Below, in pieces: positions 58,699 through 64,000 of a stretch of DNA of 64,000 nt (the first letter of the stretch is position 1; every line of letters starts with the position of its first letter). The translations under genes and the position numbers were made by a program. The notes under the pieces were generated by a model that did no database searches, was not told where the DNA came from, and saw only the letters and a program-made list of their open reading frames with translations. The DNA comes from Schizochytrium sp. TIO01 (lineage: Eukaryota; Protista; Bigyra: Labyrinthulomycetes): positions 930,001 to 994,000 of the forward strand of contig SMSO01000032.1 of assembly GCA_004764695.1 (NCBI GenBank), read 5' to 3'.

Positions 58699-61600
58699 AT
58701 CTAGCTGTTTGGTCTGATGTGCTGGAACTTGCTCCACCTCGAGCCTGAAAGAAGGGGCGAGTAAGAAGCCAACGCCGTGTCTGCCCGCGAGGCGGAGAGA
58801 ACCGAGAGGTTTCTCGCCACTGTTGAAGTCGGCCCACGTAGAGGGAAGGGGGCTCTGCCTGCTTAGATTGAGAGGAATGAAAAAAAAAAGAAGAAGAAAC
58901 ATCGGACTTAGAACTGAGTTCTTCATCTTCCTCTATGGAAACGAATTGCCGAGCACTGATCTCCCTCAGGATGGATGGCATGGATGGCACTCTCTCTCTC
59001 CCTCCCTCCCTCCCTCCCTCCCTCCCCCTGCGGCCCTCTCTGCTGCTGCGACGCCTTCACGCACGCATGGCCTCTCCTGCCCTGCGACAAAGCTTTCTTT
59101 CTTTCTCTCAAGAAACTTGGTCGCCAGAGATCCTTTGGCCTCAGAAACAAACAGCCTTCCGGCACCAGCGCGAAATGTGGATCTCCTCGATGATGCTCCT
59201 GACGCTTTGTTTCGCTTTTTGGTTTATTTTATAAGCAAACTCCAAGTTTACTTGGATATTTAGCGTCTAGTTTTGTTTTATCTGCTCGCGGCTTTCGTTC
59301 GCTGCTGCTTTTCGAAGATATATAGATCCACCGTGACCTACCTACAATTTGTTTGTAAACTTGTAAATTTGTGGCAAACCGGAAAGTGAATTTGTTTGTT
59401 TTATTGTTTTATTGTTTGTTTGTTTGTTTGTTTGCTTCGTCCATCTCTCACTTTGTCGATGCTGTTCGTGTGTTTCTGCTCGCCGCCGGCGTGAGGCTGT
59501 TCGGTCTCGGCCGCAAGCGGCGAGTCATCGTCGTCACCACCCGCCGTGAACTCTGGGAGGAAGATTTGAGCCACTCATCCACTCATTCACTTATTCACTC
59601 ATTCAATCACTCACTCGAGGCAGTCGAAGTTTCTAGCCAGTGGATCCACTGGCGAGAAACACAACCAAACTGACACATCGCGGCCCGTCTTCGGGAGGTG
59701 CAGGGGCTCGACTTGCTTAGACGCAGTCCATGGATCGGTGTCCTCCCTGAAGGAAATCGCATTACCGATGGTCTTCAGCCATTTCTGCTTTCTTCTTCTT
59801 CGAGCATGGACAGACAGACGGTCGATCGATCCATCTCCAGCTCGCTATGCCTGGCTACTCAGCTAGCTAGAAGCAGCTTTTCAAATAGTTCGTTAGTTCG
59901 TTAGTTAGTTCGTTAGTTAGTTAGTTAGTTCGTTCGTTCGGTTCGTTAGTTGGCAAGCTGAGCTGTTAGAAACAAACAACTTTCGATGAAAACGCTTTGC
60001 GCGACATCAAGCTTGCTTGAAACGATGGATGAATGGACAAATGAGTAGAATGAGGAGGCCCAAGTTCTCTCTTCTGATTCAATCAGCTTAGAGCCCTTCC
60101 TCCCTTCCTCCCTGCCGCCTGCTGCTTCCATGAGCCAACTACTTTTGTGGGTTGGGCTTTGTTTTCCTCGATGCCTTGTTTCCAAGTGCGCTCGCTGCCC
60201 ACTGGGATGATGAATCGTGATGAATCATGCCCAATCAATGACTCACTCACTCACCGCGATGAAGAAGACAAGAGTCAATCACCAGAATCACCAGCAGGAG
60301 GATGAGCCGCGCCAAATGAATGAATAAACAAACCATTGGATCAATGGAGCAATGAATGAATCATTGGAGCAATGAATGAATCATGACGAACCCCACAATG
60401 AATGAGGAACTAATTAACCAGCCCATTCGCACGAAATCAATCGATCGATGATGACATCCTTCATCGATGCTTTACGGACCCCGTGGTTTTGCGCTTAGTG
60501 CAATGCACAGTCGATCGCCAGATTGCTGACTAACTCTCGCAAGCGCCCTCGCTGCTGCCTGTGCATGGGTGGGTGGATGGATGGGCTTGAGGGTGACCCG
60601 ATCGGTCGCTCGCCAAGAGCCCGCGAGAGGACGACTTGGAGGAGATCGTTGGTCAGCCAGTCTGAAAGAGCGCATCGCATCGGCAGCACCGCCTTCTTGT
60701 CCATGGAAAGCGGAACAGCACAAACAGCGAATGCCACTCCAAAACAAGGAAATCAGAAAAGCATATCTTCGCTCGAAAGCTCTGAGAGCCCATCCGCATT
60801 TACAAGAAACAAGAAACAAGCAAACAAGCAAACAAACCAAAACAAAAAAAACACAATCTACTTAACCATTGCATCGGCGCGACGTGAGGTGAGGACAAAA
60901 GTGATTTCATTTGATCATGAGTCGCTTTCCAAATTGTTTGCTCGAGTTTGAGTTGATTTTCAGACATATACACAGAGAAGAGTTGTTTTTTATTTTTTAT
61001 TTTTTATTTTTCATTTTTCATTTTTCATTTTTCATTTTTCAAAGGAAGGCTCTTCGCAGTGAAGAATCTTTGAATGCTCGCGTTGGAAAAGTCTCCGCCC
61101 TCGGGCGACGCGCCCGACAAGCCTCAGCAGGCGATTGATTGATTGACTGACTCACTCACTCACTCACTGACTGCTCAGCGCCGGAGAGAGTGAGTGGGGC
61201 TCTTTGAGCTCCAGACAGAGGGAGGCGGGGGGGGACGAGGCAGTGGATGACTTGGTGGGCGGCCGATAGGTTGAATGATTGAGCAAAAATGTCACGGCGA
61301 ATGAATGGATGAATTTAATCCTCGAGTTATTTTTTATCTTTGTCTCAGATTTTTTATATATATATTTTTTTTTTTAAGTTTTTAATTAGAAACTTAAAAA
61401 CAAATTAAATTTAAAACCAAACATGATGATGCCCGAATCAGGAATTAAACTATCCTCTTCTTTCAAAAAAAGAATATAGGAAATAAATAGCAATCATGAA
61501 AGTTTCAACAGAAAACTATTTTGTTCCTCTGATGTTAGAAAAGATTGAATGCTTCTGCCTTCTCAACTTGAAGTAGTTCCCGGCATGTGGTTCTGTGTTG

Positions 61601-64000
61601 CAAGACATTGGGCGAATGAACGATGTGAAATGGGTACTAGTCGGAGAGCTTTCCTGCGCCATCGGGAATACCTCCTTTTTTCAGAACCGCAAACAAAACA
61701 GTGTAACAATAATCCTCTATACTTTTCAACCATACTTCTTATAATTGTATTTTTCTTTTATGTTTAAGAATGTTTTTAGTTTTTTAGACAGTTCATTTTA
61801 AATGCAAAATAATAAAGTATCTGACGAGGAAATGCTTTTTATGTTTAAAGAAACGAAAACAACTATGATCAACTAAAGTCGATTTTTTAAGTGCTAATAT
61901 TAGCTCATAGAATATATAAACGCGCAGACTTTCTAAACTCGAGCAAGAAGAGAGAAATAAGGTTATCTTATTTGTTGCTGATGCAGCAGCTCTATTCTCC
62001 CCATTGTCAGCAAAATGCACGAGCAAAATCGAAGGGAACAAGTAAACCACGGAAAATATATGAAGACACCAATTAGTCTTGAAGGATTTATTACCGTGCT
62101 CATTTGGAATGCGTATGATTGTCAGCGGGAAATCAAATGTATCCTCGCCAATGTAGAACTAGCTGTCTTTCGAAAAAGAAGTCTGCGTTACCTGAAGAAT
62201 AGTTGATTTCGCTTTAGCATCGTTGCTGTAAAACCTGAGACTTCATCTTGTAGGTTTCTCAATGAGTGACAATCGCAGGATCAAAAGATACTTTCTTTGA
62301 TTGTACCATGATAGGTCCCTCCCTACCTACCTTCTACTTATTATGTAAAAGGTGGACCATCACAGCCGTGCATCCCGACCCGCTCGCAGCTCGCCAAGAC
62401 ATTGGATACGAATTTCGAATGCTCAAAATCTCTGCCCCGCCATTGACCAAAACTCTCGCCAAGCCATGGTTTCCCTCGATCAGAGCTGCATTTGAAGAAT
62501 TCGAGCAGCGTCTCGAGTCGAGCTCCCTCGAAAGGGAAGCGATTCCTCGCCTCGCTGCCTCACTCAACCTACAACGATTGAAAGAAATAATCACAGCAGA
62601 TCATTGCTTCTTTCTTCTTCAATGAACCAAGCGCCTATTACTACTCCTCCATTAGGAGCTGCTAGCACCGGGCTCGCTCTTCCTGTACCCATTATAGCAG
62701 CACCGCTAACGACTCCTACTGACTACCAAACAGCGTGACCACGCGCCCCCGCTTGTCCGCCTCCAAGCAACCCCAGGGTCTGCCGTGAAATACATACACG
62801 CGACACAGTGTTCCTAACTATCTACAGCTGCTTGAAGCCATGTTTTACTCAAGAATCGCGCGTTGACGGCTTCCAAAGGAGCCGAATAATCGCCTCCGCC
62901 ATACAACCAGCGCCTACCATCAGCCGCTCCGAGCGTGCCAAGAAAGCGAAGGCCGGTTTCATGCATGTCGTCCTCGCCAAGTTAAGAAGTTAGTTAGTTA
63001 TGTACGTACGTATGTATGTATGTATTCACCTCCTATTGCTATTGCTATTGGTGCTGCTATTGCTAGCCGCAGCTAAGAGTACAAGGCAGTCCTAGTGAGA
63101 GGCTATAGAAAGGTCTTCTCAGATTATGCGGCTGCGGCAGACGAGGCCTCAATCGATCTCTGAGTGAAGCCGCCTAAGCGTGGCCAGGGAGCCTTCAATG
63201 CGGCGCCGAGCGGTGCCACGGCAAGTCCTAGACAGGCGGCAAGCAGCTTTGGGTCCATTATCGAATGTGAGCAAATGTATCAGGCCTCCCGGTTGGTTTG
63301 CTTATTTGACTTATTCTGTTTCTTGGTAGGAGGAGGTAAGGTAGATAGACAGATAGATAGATACTGTGCTCAGAAGATCTTCAAGGCCAGAGGAAAGAAA
63401 TAAGGGCCCAAAGATACAGAGCTAAGGCAGAGAGGGAAGGCGTGAATCAACTATTATTGCCTATTATGCCCTTGAGGAGCAGCGTCTCAGGGAGTTTTTA
63501 ACTTCAAAGGGACAGGTACCCTGCGATGCAGTCTTTGATTTCAACTTTCTTTCGCAATCTCTACTTTTCTCTTTATCCTTAGGAGATAAAATAAAATGAA
63601 AGCGTACTACATTAAAAAAATAAAATTAAAGAAGAGGCTTCTTTCACTCGACTTAAGTTATTTTTCAGTGATGCTGGTAACATCCTTTTAAAATTAAAAT
63701 ATTGCTGTTGAATTAAAAACATTTTCAATAGTTGAACCGAAAAGGCTTTCGAACAATTTTCTTATGATAAAACAACTCTAAATAAACGCCTTTTGGAATT
63801 GAACCATCGAAAATACTTTCTTTTAAACTAAAAACAAACTTCCGCAAACAGTTCGGTAGGTGCTTTGTTTTCCTCGCTGCTCGGCGTATCGGCACTGGCT
63901 TATTTCTCAAGATCATGCTTGCCAACTTTCTTTTCTTTCCCTACTCCCCCCTATCCAACTCCTACGAGGGAGGAGGAGGAGGAGGAGGAGGAGGAAAAAA

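Noticed and set aside
62266-62625. 119 aa ORF with a helical-looking C-terminus
   Set aside because: Short, GTG start, no motif; insufficient evidence without a database search.
1-64000. tRNA, rRNA, snRNA, telomeric repeats, intact transposase/RT or viral genes
   Set aside because: None recognised by eye; tRNAscan-SE and an Infernal/Rfam scan would be needed to exclude short RNAs.

Overview
This is eukaryotic nuclear DNA: intron-poor genes, spliceosomal intron signals, flagellar genes and microsatellite-rich intergenic tracts. The style suggests a stramenopile, probably a thraustochytrid/labyrinthulomycete (inference only). There are three zones. (1) About 1-18.5 kb has no credible genes; it is microsatellite-rich to ~7.5 kb and has a patch of decayed tandem and inverted repeats at ~12.7-15.4 kb. 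(2) About 18.5-50 kb is gene-dense with 12 genes: a divergent PRP4-type kinase, a RhoGAP-fold protein lacking the arginine finger, an EF-hand protein, an ankyrin protein, a long coiled-coil protein, a hypothetical protein, CFAP100, a CFAP97-domain protein, a degenerate EF-hand protein, a CRAL-TRIO protein, tyrosine aminotransferase, and a stand-alone glutamate synthase beta subunit with a presequence. (3) About 50-64 kb is again gene-free and microsatellite-rich. The top observation is that two unrelated genes (coiled-coil gene at 27111, tyrosine aminotransferase at 46050) both break frame by +1 at nearly the same 10-mer, GAA-TGA-T(C/G)TG. This resembles antizyme/Euplotes-type stop-codon-driven +1 ribosomal frameshifting, but assembly indels must be excluded first. 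No rRNA, tRNA, CRISPR or intact transposase/RT was recognised.
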